A DNA stretch of 64,000 nt from Bdellovibrionales bacterium (GTDB taxonomy: Bacteria; Bdellovibrionota; Bdellovibrionia; Bdellovibrionales; UBA1609), in the NCBI GenBank assembly GCA_027317865.1, contig DAHVQG010000002.1, positions 128,001 through 192,000 of the forward strand, given 5' to 3'. Positions 18,714 to 27,490 of this stretch are shown here, in pieces. Made by a program: the position numbers and the translations under genes. The notes beneath the pieces are model-generated. The model did not search any database. It saw only the letters and a program-made list of their open reading frames with translations, and had not been told where the DNA came from. Position 1 is the stretch's first letter. Every line of letters begins with the position of its first letter.

Positions 18714-19642
18714 TTTTGACTCCTTTCAAAAATTCTGAGCTTTGCGCTACGCGCGCGAGGGTTTGATTTTTTCTCATCCCAACTCGCTTGAATGACTTTC
18801 TTATTGATTAAAAATCCTTTGTTGCCGGCGACAAATTGACGAAACGCATTTTTCACAATTCTATCTTCAAGAGAATGAAATGTAATCACGAAAACTCGCC
18901 CGCCCGGCGCTAACTGTTCAACAATTTTTGGCAACGCCTGACTTAGCCGCTCGAGCTCATGGTTGACCTGAATACGTATAGCCATGAAGAAATTCGTTGC
19001 GGGATGATGACCCTTTTTGTGCCAACCCGAAGCTTCGGCAATGAGATCCGCAAGTTCGCGAGTCGTTGAAAAGCGCTTCTCACGGCGACGCTCCACTATT
19101 TTTCGGCTCACGCGAAAGGGGCTGCGCACCTCTCCCAAATGATGAAACAAATCGTTCAAATCCTTTTCCGGCCACGTGTTCACAATGTCCGCGGCGGTCA
19201 CCGTATCGCGTGCGTTCATGCGCATATCGAGCGGACCTTCATGATAAAAGCTAAAACCGCGCCGACCTTCGTCGAGTTGCGGAGAACTCACTCCTAAATC
19301 GAGGAGCATCCCAATTACATGCGCAGTTTTATTATCTGTATCGGCCTGCAGGGCTTTGATCCAGGTATCGACATCCGAAAATTCAGCGTGCAAAACTTTA
19401 AGGCGCCCGCTCATTATATCATTTTGAAATTCGCGTTGAGCAAACTCAATCGCATCAAGGTCACAATCCAGCGCTAGAACCCGCCAATCTTTTTTCGCCG
19501 ATAAAATGGCGCGCGTGTGGCCGCCGCGCCCAAACGTCCCATCGACAAACCATCCCTCATCGGGCATTTCAGAAAGGTGATCTAAAACCGCATTTAACAG
19601 GACGGGTGTATGAGTGAATTTCGTCGCTGCGTTTGGTGTCAT
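18710..19642 (-). CDS. rsmH: 16S rRNA m4C1402 methyltransferase
   Basis: HTPVLL, DGTFGRGGH, DLGVSSPQ, FHSLEDR, NPRARSAKLR. Confidence 0.97.
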   Translation of the reverse strand: MTPNAATKFTHTPVLLNAVLDHLSEMPDEGWFVDGTFGRGGHTRAILSAKKDWRVLALDCDLDAIEFAQREFQNDIMSGRLKVLHAEFSDVDTWIKALQADTDNKTAHVIGMLLDLGVSSPQLDEGRRGFSFYHEGPLDMRMNARDTVTAADIVNTWPEKDLNDLFHHLGEVRSPFRVSRKIVERRREKRFSTTRELADLIAEASGWHKKGHHPATNFFMAIRIQVNHELERLSQALPKIVEQLAPGGRVFVITFHSLEDRIVKNAFRQFVAGNKGFLINKKVIQASWDEKKSNPRARSAKLRIFERSQK

Positions 19643-20139
19643 TCTTCAACCCCTGAACGACGGCGATTTTTTTTCGCACGATGATTTTCGGTTAAATCGG
19701 CTATTGAGCTCACAACCTCGTCAAATCGACTTTCAAGATCGGTGAGAAGCTTGTTCCAGTTGTTGTTGCTCCAAATTTCAAGTTTTGTTCCTGCGCCAAT
19801 AATGACGATATCATCGCTGAGTTCCGCAAACTGCCGAAAATGATTTGGAATCAAAAATCGACCTTGACCGTCTAGATCTACAGTTTCACCGCTTGAAATG
19901 TAGTACCGTTGAAAAGACTGAACCTCAGAGCGCAGCGATGGCAGACTCGCGATTTGGTCAATAAGTTTTTGCCATCCGGCTATCGAATGAATATCCAAAT
20001 ATCTTTTTTGCGCATGGATCGAATTCGTAATGACCAGCTGATTTTCGTTGCGCAATCCGGTTCGAAATCGCGTCGGCAAATGCACACGACCTTTCGGATC
20101 TAATTTGACATGGGCACGGCCTTGTAGTGTCCGCTTCAT
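19639..20139 (-). CDS. mraZ: Division/cell wall cluster repressor MraZ
   Basis: Two DxxGR repeats (DPKGR, DGQGR), LEIW; first gene of dcw. Confidence 0.92.
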   Translation of the reverse strand: MKRTLQGRAHVKLDPKGRVHLPTRFRTGLRNENQLVITNSIHAQKRYLDIHSIAGWQKLIDQIASLPSLRSEVQSFQRYYISSGETVDLDGQGRFLIPNHFRQFAELSDDIVIIGAGTKLEIWSNNNWNKLLTDLESRFDEVVSSIADLTENHRAKKNRRRSGVEE

Positions 20140-20210
20140 CGGTCATCCTAACCAAGTGATAGTGAAGCCCATCCGTGGGCCCCAAATTCAGCGTACACTT
20201 TTTGCTTGAT

Positions 20211-20240
20211 TTCCACAAATTTCCACTATTTTCCACTTTA
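20211..20240 (-). promoter_or_regulatory. MraZ operator: three direct repeats at 10-bp period
   Basis: TTCCAC at 20211, 20221 and 20231 (GTGGAA on the minus strand), matching the known GTGG/TGGG-type MraZ boxes. Confidence 0.8.
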
Positions 20241-20262
20241 CGATTTAACCTATATGCGTCAA
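20235..20262 (-). promoter_or_regulatory. sigma70-like dcw promoter
   Basis: TTGACG-N16-TAAAGT; the -10 overlaps the first MraZ repeat. Confidence 0.55.
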
Positions 20263-20271
20263 CATTGGGGC

Positions 20272-21237
20272 ATGATGCAAACTTGCCCAAAATGTGGATT
20301 TGTCCAGCCCGAGGACAAATACTGTGCCAATTGTGGCCTCGACATTGAAAGCTTCAAACCTGCACCCACACCGTTTTTCAAGAGAATATTCGGCAATACG
20401 GCCGTACAGATCGGGATCGTAGTCTTGATCGTTATTGCTGTCACAATTGCCATTTTGCTATCCCAAAAAAGTCAGGTTGAAAGGCGACTGCACTCTAATT
20501 TTTCGCAGGTGCCCATTGTCGTCAAAAGTCCAGGCGATGAAACGAATAAAGCGACACGGTTGAATCGTGAGTCGCATAACTCGAGATTAGGCGTACGCGC
20601 GCCGTCGCCGACCACAAAGCCGTCGCAGTACGAAAAATTGAAGATGAATCGTACAAGGCACCGCAAAATCGGAGATATCGCTCCCGAAAAAATGCTGATC
20701 GGATTTTATGAAATGTCCCGCGCGTCGATTATGGAAATGGCCACCGAGGGTCAAGTCTTGAGCGCGACGCCGCAATCACGGTCAATGACGTTGCCAGTGA
20801 GGCACCCGTTTTTAGACTGGCGCGAAAAACATCCGAACTCGCGGCCGCTGGGTTCTGTAATTAACGAAAGGTTGCACCAAGGCCGGCCCATTAACCTCGA
20901 TTTTACAAGGCCGCTGCCTCCGAATTCAGGAACAAACGAAATCGGCGCGACCTTCAGTTTAAATCCGATAAAAGTGAACGCACAAGAAATTGAACTCGGC
21001 CTAGAACTAGCGTTCAACATGCGAAATCATAGCGGCAATTCACTCATCACAAACGAAGTCAATTCGACATTTACGTTCTCGCCAAAATCGACGCTCGTGC
21101 TCTCCGGTTATTTTCCGCATGAGCGAGTTTTTCGCCAAGATTTGATGTCGTTTAGCGGCACCCCGCTTGCGATTTTGGCCTCTCCTGATTTTATAAATTC
21201 CGTTACCGATCTCGTGATTGTTATAAAAACCAAATAA
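20272..21237 (+). CDS. Zinc-ribbon, single-TM hypothetical protein
   Basis: CPKCG...CANCG at N-terminus, then one TM helix and a periplasmic domain; start moved to ATG 20272. Confidence 0.75.
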   Translation: MMQTCPKCGFVQPEDKYCANCGLDIESFKPAPTPFFKRIFGNTAVQIGIVVLIVIAVTIAILLSQKSQVERRLHSNFSQVPIVVKSPGDETNKATRLNRESHNSRLGVRAPSPTTKPSQYEKLKMNRTRHRKIGDIAPEKMLIGFYEMSRASIMEMATEGQVLSATPQSRSMTLPVRHPFLDWREKHPNSRPLGSVINERLHQGRPINLDFTRPLPPNSGTNEIGATFSLNPIKVNAQEIELGLELAFNMRNHSGNSLITNEVNSTFTFSPKSTLVLSGYFPHERVFRQDLMSFSGTPLAILASPDFINSVTDLVIVIKTK

Positions 21238-21280
21238 AATTCTTGCGTGTGTCGTCCGATTCGCGCACTTTTAGTGAACT

Positions 21281-21961
21281 ATGGCATGGTTAAACAATGG
21301 CATCCTTCGCAACGGACAAATCGAAGTGATTTGCGGTTGCATGTTCAGCGGTAAAACAGAAGCTCTCATTACGCAAATTCGGCGCGCGCAAATCGCTCGC
21401 CTTCGTTTTCAAGTTTTTAAGCCCGTGGTTGATACGCGCTATGCTCTCGATGCAGTAGCGTCGCATGATCGAACTGAGTTCCCGGCGACGAATGTAAAAA
21501 CGGCGCAGGAGATTTTGCATTTAGTTGAACCGTTCACGGAAGTCATCGGCATCGATGAATGCCAATTTTTTACGAATGATATCGCCGATGTTGCGACCGC
21601 ACTAGCGACCAGCGGCCGTCGTGTGATCTTGGCTGGCCTTGACACTGACTGGCAGGGGCAACCGTTTGGCCCAATGCCGCAGCTTTTGGCACTGGCGGAT
21701 GTGATCCACAAACAATATGCGATTTGCGTGGTCTGCGGAGCCCCGGCAACCCGCACCCAACGAATCGTGGGAGCAAACGGACAATTTCTGTTGGGTTCGA
21801 CGGAATCATATGAGGCACGATGCCGAAAACATTTTGACCCCACTTTTTCAGAGCGCTTAAAGCACTCGGCTTCACGATTAGCCGCTTCGAACGAGGCGAT
21901 GGCGCAAGACAACTCGCTTGCGACTGATGCCTTTGGGCGTCCAATCGGTGAATTTTCTTGA
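21281..21961 (+). CDS. tdk: Thymidine kinase
   Basis: GCMFSGKT, IDECQFF, AGLD, CVVCG, YEARCRKH. Confidence 0.95.
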   Translation: MAWLNNGILRNGQIEVICGCMFSGKTEALITQIRRAQIARLRFQVFKPVVDTRYALDAVASHDRTEFPATNVKTAQEILHLVEPFTEVIGIDECQFFTNDIADVATALATSGRRVILAGLDTDWQGQPFGPMPQLLALADVIHKQYAICVVCGAPATRTQRIVGANGQFLLGSTESYEARCRKHFDPTFSERLKHSASRLAASNEAMAQDNSLATDAFGRPIGEFS

Positions 21962-22059
21962 TTTTTTGCAAATTTTCCGTGAAATCTGTTGTGCAATGAA
22001 TCGGCCGCATCATAGCGCGCGGTAACTCATCTCGACAGTATACACGAGGGGATATTGAA

Positions 22060-22587
22060 TTGGGCCCTAATCTGAGCACGGTCATTTCTGAAAAGGACCT
22101 GCAAAAGCGCATCAAAGAGATGGGCGAAACCCTTACTGATAAATTCAAAAATACTTCTGTACTTGCGGTTTGTGTGCTGAAGGGCTCCTTTATCTTTTTT
22201 GCCGATCTCATCCGCCAAATCGAATGCGACATGAATTGCGAGTTTTTGTGCATGTCGAGTTACGGTTCACTTGCCCATTCAAGTGGTGAAGTGAAACTCA
22301 CAATGGATCTCAATTCATCCGTACAAGGGCGCCACGTTCTACTTGTCGAGGACATCATCGATACCGGCTTGACGATGAATTACCTTCAGAAGGTGCTCGA
22401 AATTCGAAAACCCAAGAGTGTGACGACGGTGACGCTTTTGCATAAGCCGGATGCCAAAAAAGTCGATTGTAAAATAGATTTAGTTGGATTCAAAATTCCA
22501 AACGATTTTGTTGTCGGCTATGGCCTTGATTATCAAAATCAGTACCGGCACCTGCCTTATATTGCCCGACTTGAAAATTTAAACTAG
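22060..22587 (+). CDS. hpt: Hypoxanthine phosphoribosyltransferase
   Basis: VLKGSFIF, LVEDIIDTGLT, FVVGYGLDY. Confidence 0.97.
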   Translation: MGPNLSTVISEKDLQKRIKEMGETLTDKFKNTSVLAVCVLKGSFIFFADLIRQIECDMNCEFLCMSSYGSLAHSSGEVKLTMDLNSSVQGRHVLLVEDIIDTGLTMNYLQKVLEIRKPKSVTTVTLLHKPDAKKVDCKIDLVGFKIPNDFVVGYGLDYQNQYRHLPYIARLENLN

Positions 22588-22621
22588 CCGTCTAGAAAAA
22601 AACTCATCGGCGCAGTGACTA

Positions 22622-24205
22622 TTACTCATCGCTTGAGACGGGAATACGCAGTTTTTGTCCCGGACGAAGCAATCGCGGATTGGCAATGTTGTTGAGCTCC
22701 TCAAGAAGGCTAACGCGAACACCTAGCTCAGAGGCAATTCCGCTCAGGGTTTCACCACTTTGAATAACGTAAGTTGCAATACGTTTGCTCCATTTGCGCG
22801 ACACGTGGAGCGGCAGTGTTTTTAAATCTTGCAGCGCAAGTTGGTATTGAGAAGTCGGAACACGCACAAAATCGTACCGACCTATTTCGCCATACCCAAG
22901 CCAAAACGGACGCCGAAGCTGCGGGTTATATTTCTCGGCTCGTGCCAAATTACCGCCGAACCAGTGCAATAGCCAGTTTCGGTCAATCACTCGGGTCAGT
23001 TCAATTCTTTTAGCGTTTAACGGGGTCTCCCAATAAACTGGGCCAAAATATTTCGGAGCATTTTCTTCGACGTGAAGCGCGGCCAAAAAACATGCATAAA
23101 AATTAGCTGAGGCAAAACCAAATCGGCCATAACGTTCATCAACCAAATCTGAAATATCGCTCGTATGATACCGTTGAACAATTCGAAGCATGCCCGCCGG
23201 TCCGTGATTATACCCGGTGATTGCGAGCGGCCAATTACCGAGCATTTCGTAATTGGCTCTCAACATTTTAGCCGCGGCCACGGTCGCGCTAATCGGGTCG
23301 TTTCGCTCGTCAGTTAAATATCGAATTCGCAAGTAACGCCGGCCGGTTGAACGCATAAATTGCCAAATGCCGCTTGCGCCAAGTCGCGAACGCGCTTTGA
23401 TGTTAAAAGAACTTTCAACAAACGGTAAACGGGTCAGTTCAATCGGGAGTCCGTACTTACGAAACACCTTCTGCATTTCGGGTAAATACCGGCCCGAATA
23501 ATAAATTCCGAGAATAAATCGATTTCGCTGCCCGAGTTGAAAACGCAGTCGCCCGCGTTGCGCCGCTTGAAGAAATTTATTTGGTCCACTGATCGAAGTA
23601 AACATATTCCATATACGAAGGTCTTCGCCCTTAAGCTTCGGCATAACACCGGTTTTCAGATAAACCGAGTATAAGCGATTAAGCCGCATGAGCCGCTCTC
23701 GCACGATTCTTTTGTGTGCGCGTACAATGCGTATACGCTCCCAGCGCGTCGAATGCGGCGGAAAATTAATTTTGTCATAAACCACCGACAAGTGTTCGCT
23801 ATCGTGCAAAATTCCTTGGTCAGTTGTGATTTGTGTATATACGTACTTCCAGAAATTTACGCGCGTTTTAAGTCCGGGCGGCACAGAGAAAACTGTGGGT
23901 GACCATCCGAGTGCATGAATTTGATTGGAATAATTTGGCGCTTGCCAAGGGCGTGATTTGTCTATGTTAATGTGCGGAATTTCAGCAGCCGTGACCGCGT
24001 CATCATTATTGATCGCGCTTTCAGACGAAACCGCATCGTCTGTCGGTATCGTCGAGCCGTGCAAAATAGATTCAAAAATGTTCGAATCCGAAAAAATTTT
24101 GGGCTCATAATTACCTGTTGTCAGAGAGCCGCGCGCAAGTTGAGCAAGGGCAAGCACCCCGATCCCGGCCAAAACGGCTTTAATCACTTGAGATTTGTTC
24201 TTCAT
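22622..24205 (-). CDS. MltD-like lytic transglycosylase with C-terminal LysM
   Basis: LPFVESSFN, GASGIWQFM, LAITGYNHG; YVIQSGETLSGIA...LRPGQKLRIP LysM. Confidence 0.9.
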   Translation of the reverse strand: MKNKSQVIKAVLAGIGVLALAQLARGSLTTGNYEPKIFSDSNIFESILHGSTIPTDDAVSSESAINNDDAVTAAEIPHINIDKSRPWQAPNYSNQIHALGWSPTVFSVPPGLKTRVNFWKYVYTQITTDQGILHDSEHLSVVYDKINFPPHSTRWERIRIVRAHKRIVRERLMRLNRLYSVYLKTGVMPKLKGEDLRIWNMFTSISGPNKFLQAAQRGRLRFQLGQRNRFILGIYYSGRYLPEMQKVFRKYGLPIELTRLPFVESSFNIKARSRLGASGIWQFMRSTGRRYLRIRYLTDERNDPISATVAAAKMLRANYEMLGNWPLAITGYNHGPAGMLRIVQRYHTSDISDLVDERYGRFGFASANFYACFLAALHVEENAPKYFGPVYWETPLNAKRIELTRVIDRNWLLHWFGGNLARAEKYNPQLRRPFWLGYGEIGRYDFVRVPTSQYQLALQDLKTLPLHVSRKWSKRIATYVIQSGETLSGIASELGVRVSLLEELNNIANPRLLRPGQKLRIPVSSDE

Positions 24206-24267
24206 CCGCGTTTTCTTTCAATTCGATTTTTTTTGCGTTCCAGTTCAACAATACGATCGGGAATATT

Positions 24268-25698
24268 TTACCCCTGCTTTAACAGATCAGAAACAAGCGA
24301 GCCGAACAAAATGCGCGCTCGACCAGCCCCCGTTGGCGTACCGTTAAACAGAAAAACAAATTCGTAAAGGTGCCCACTCCGCGTACCAACGTACCCGCCT
24401 AGACCAACGACACCATCCAGAGTGCCGGTTTTCGCACGAACGACACCCAAATGTTCGGTGCCTCTCAACCAAATGCGTAATGTCCCGTCCACTCCCCCAA
24501 TCGGCAAACTTGAAACGTATTCCGGATAAATTTCAAACCGCCTGCGCACGTGCTCCAAAACACGCAAAAGGTCGATCGGGCGGAATTTATTTTTGTGCGA
24601 AATCCCAGAAGGACTGATCATGACGTAATTTTGCGGTTTGAAGTGCAAACTATTTAAAAATTCATGAATGACCGCCATCCCTTTATCCATTGTCCCTGGC
24701 GGCCCTTTTTCTTGAACGCCCAAGTCTTTGGTCAAGATTTCAGCCATAAAATTATTCGAATATTTCATCATCTCCGAGACCAGCTCGTCGATGGGCTTAC
24801 TTTTTTGAACCGCTAGAATTTTTGCTCCTCGAGGAGTTTTGCCGTGGCGAACTGCGCCGGTGACTGTAATGCCGCGTTCGCGCAAAAAAGCTTTGAGCTG
24901 ATAACCAGACCAAATGGCCGGATGGACAATGCTCCTGTAAGCGACGAACTCAGGCGCACCGAGCGGAATTTCGCCGCTAACCACAACCGTTTCATGATGC
25001 CCCGTTAGATGGTCGTTTTTGATATTTTCATTAATAACAGAAAGTCTCGTGCGCCCGTAACGCGAGGTCCGGGCGCGATTAACTAAACGAATATAAGTGT
25101 TCTGCGGGTCGACATATACCCGAGCGGGCGCGCCAACTTTAAACCCCGGCCGCACGAATACGTTTACCGCGCTCCAGTTGAACGTCATTGCTCCAATCGG
25201 AGCATCATAAGCGCGATCGATAAGCGTCTGATCGCGGCTCGGGTCAAACCGTACGTCGTCAAAACGTGAGTCATCTACAACAATATTGCCGTTAATTTTT
25301 TTTATGCCGGTACGTAGAAATGTATCGACGAGACACCACATCGTTTGCGAGACAAACCCGGGGTCGCCTCCACCGCGTAAATATAGCGGCCCTTCAAGTA
25401 CTCCGTTTACAACAGGCGCGGAGCTCAAAAGTGTGGTCTCAAACTGGTGACCAATCGGCATTTTTTCTAGAACTGCCGCAGCTGTTACAATTTTTGTTAG
25501 TGACGCGGGGGTCATTTTAGCACGCGAATTAAGCTGCGCTAAAATTCTTCCATTAGGTGATGCAATCACTAGACCCAAATCGGAATTTTTAATTCGCGAT
25601 TGGTGCACGAGCTGATTCATCATCGATTGAAAATTTTGAGCCCGAGCGATTCCTGGTATTAGTATGACTAAAGTAAAGAATAGGTTTGTGAACTTCAT
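24268..25698 (-). CDS. dacB: D-Ala-D-Ala carboxypeptidase/endopeptidase (PBP4, peptidase S13)
   Basis: PASLTK, GGGDP, SNN, GVDGTL, AKTGTL; signal peptide ARA|Q; start moved to ATG 25698. Confidence 0.93.
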   Translation of the reverse strand: MKFTNLFFTLVILIPGIARAQNFQSMMNQLVHQSRIKNSDLGLVIASPNGRILAQLNSRAKMTPASLTKIVTAAAVLEKMPIGHQFETTLLSSAPVVNGVLEGPLYLRGGGDPGFVSQTMWCLVDTFLRTGIKKINGNIVVDDSRFDDVRFDPSRDQTLIDRAYDAPIGAMTFNWSAVNVFVRPGFKVGAPARVYVDPQNTYIRLVNRARTSRYGRTRLSVINENIKNDHLTGHHETVVVSGEIPLGAPEFVAYRSIVHPAIWSGYQLKAFLRERGITVTGAVRHGKTPRGAKILAVQKSKPIDELVSEMMKYSNNFMAEILTKDLGVQEKGPPGTMDKGMAVIHEFLNSLHFKPQNYVMISPSGISHKNKFRPIDLLRVLEHVRRRFEIYPEYVSSLPIGGVDGTLRIWLRGTEHLGVVRAKTGTLDGVVGLGGYVGTRSGHLYEFVFLFNGTPTGAGRARILFGSLVSDLLKQG

Positions 25699-25732
25699 AG
25701 CCAATCTTCGCATTGATCGCTATGATTGATCA

Positions 25733-26689
25733 ATGACCAAACGGGATTGGGCCCTCAATATTGGCACCGTGTGCGGTATTTGGGCGATTGATTTCATTTC
25801 GAAAATGGCAGCTCGCCATTTCATTCATGGTTTGAAATTTTACGGGCCGCTCGGTTTTATTGTTCATTACAACCCCGGCGCAATGCTTGGAACATTTTCG
25901 ACACTGCCCCCGGTTTTGCGAATTGTCTCACTATCGACCGGCGGCGCATTTTTGGTTTTCATTTATTTAGCGCTACAATATTTAATTCCTAAGCAGGCCA
26001 AGAGATTACGCATTGGCATGTCAATTTTGTTAGGTGGGATCTTGGGCAACGTGACCGACCGAATTTTGCGCGGCCGAGTCACGGATTTTATATTATTCAA
26101 CGCTTTTCATCACTTAACTCCAGCATTTAATCTTGCCGACTCCGTTCAGTGGATCGGTTACGCGCTCATCGTTTTTTCATTAATAAAAGACGGGCACTTG
26201 TATTGGCCCGAGTACAATATCCGCCGAAAAATTTGGGTTAACCCCACGTTTCAAATTCGCTTCATCACAATGCTTATGGCTATGGGTTTGGGGTTTGTGC
26301 TCATCAGCGGCGTCTTTTTTTATACCTATTTGAAGGTCAGCATCAACGCACTTGTCGCGGGAGCAATTCCGGTCATCGAGCATCGGTATTTGGTTCCGTT
26401 TTTCATAACTTACGGAGTGATCTCGTGCGGTTTTTTGCTCATTTTATTTATGGTTGGCCGGATCGTCTCGCACCGAACCGCGGGCCCGCTTTACGCTTTC
26501 GAAAAATTTTTGACCGACATATTAGATGGCAAGGATAGAGAACTGAAACTGCGCGAAGCCGACGACTTTCAACATCTCGAAGAACTGGCGCGTAAACTTC
26601 GCAATTACGTTCGGCAGGCAAATGCGAACTCGTCACAGGTGGTATCAAAGGCGAGCAGCGGTGATCTTATTCAAAAAAAACCGTTTTGA
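25733..26689 (+). CDS. lspA: Signal peptidase II fused to a C-terminal 2TM/HAMP-like module
   Basis: NPGA, GNVTDR, VTDF and FNLAD motifs in the first ~155 aa, then ~160 extra aa with two TMs and SHRTAGP...LREADDFQHL. Confidence 0.85.
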   Translation: MTKRDWALNIGTVCGIWAIDFISKMAARHFIHGLKFYGPLGFIVHYNPGAMLGTFSTLPPVLRIVSLSTGGAFLVFIYLALQYLIPKQAKRLRIGMSILLGGILGNVTDRILRGRVTDFILFNAFHHLTPAFNLADSVQWIGYALIVFSLIKDGHLYWPEYNIRRKIWVNPTFQIRFITMLMAMGLGFVLISGVFFYTYLKVSINALVAGAIPVIEHRYLVPFFITYGVISCGFLLILFMVGRIVSHRTAGPLYAFEKFLTDILDGKDRELKLREADDFQHLEELARKLRNYVRQANANSSQVVSKASSGDLIQKKPF

Positions 26690-27490
26690 TACGGTGTCAC
26701 CTTCGTCACACGCCACGAAAAAATCACCATTCGGATTTCGAACAAGTCCCACCGGGTGAACGGTACGCGAAACTCCGGGACGCGAACCTCCAGAATAAAT
26801 GATTTGTACATCTTTGTGAGCTTCAAGCGCCTCGACTAGCACTCCATAAACCGCATGGCTGCGCAAATCGGCTACCGAATAATGTGACCACATAAGGGGC
26901 ACCGATTGATAATCTAAAAGCGTGGCAATTGTGGCATCGGAGCCCACTTTATCAAAACATTTTAGGGCGACCGACAAACATGCCCGGGCATCATCGAGCG
27001 CGCGATGTGCCGTGCCCTGAATCAACTGAAAATATTGAATCAAAGTCTGAAGCCTATGATTGGGCGCATTTGAAAAAGCTTTGCGCGATAGTAGGCTCGA
27101 ACAAAAAACGGCGCGCTTAGGTAAGGCCAATCGAACCCGCTCCATTTCGATGGCTAAAAAACCCATATCAAAAGGCGCGTGGTGCGCCACTAGAAATCCG
27201 TCGGCGATAAATTTATGAAAATCTAAAACGGCGGTTTCGACCGATGGCGCCCCATTCAGCATTTCGTTGGTGATATGGTGGATCGCAATCACCTCTTCGC
27301 CCATTGGCACGCGAACCCGCACCAAGGTTTGAAATTCATCGACGATTTGGCCGTTTCTCCATTTTGCCGCCGCAATTTCGCAAATTTCAGACGACAGTGG
27401 ATACTTACCGGACGTTTCGATATCAAAACCAATTAGGGTTGAATCTCGCCACAATCCCTGATCGTCATCTCGGGAAGCTTTTAGTGTCAA
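26645..27490 (-). CDS. DnaQ-like DEDDh 3'-5' exonuclease with C-terminal WYL-like domain
   Basis: DIETSG, HHAPFD, HRALDDA; C-terminus IIY..G...RTVHPVGL...KRFFLNKI. Start uncertain (TTG 27490 chosen). Confidence 0.82.
   Translation of the reverse strand: MTLKASRDDDQGLWRDSTLIGFDIETSGKYPLSSEICEIAAAKWRNGQIVDEFQTLVRVRVPMGEEVIAIHHITNEMLNGAPSVETAVLDFHKFIADGFLVAHHAPFDMGFLAIEMERVRLALPKRAVFCSSLLSRKAFSNAPNHRLQTLIQYFQLIQGTAHRALDDARACLSVALKCFDKVGSDATIATLLDYQSVPLMWSHYSVADLRSHAVYGVLVEALEAHKDVQIIYSGGSRPGVSRTVHPVGLVRNPNGDFFVACDEGDTVSKRFFLNKITAARL

Noticed and set aside
20211-20240. Direct repeats as CRISPR or iterons
   Set aside because: Only 6-bp units at 10-bp period directly upstream of mraZ; explained as the MraZ operator.
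21992-22007. Minus-strand CGGCCGATTCATTGCA (GG-N10-GC)
   Set aside because: Points antisense into tdk with no downstream gene; could be chance.
21439-22253. Long antisense ORFs (185 and 227 aa) over tdk/hpt, and similar shadow ORFs throughout
   Set aside because: They lie opposite well-supported genes and have no motifs or RBS.
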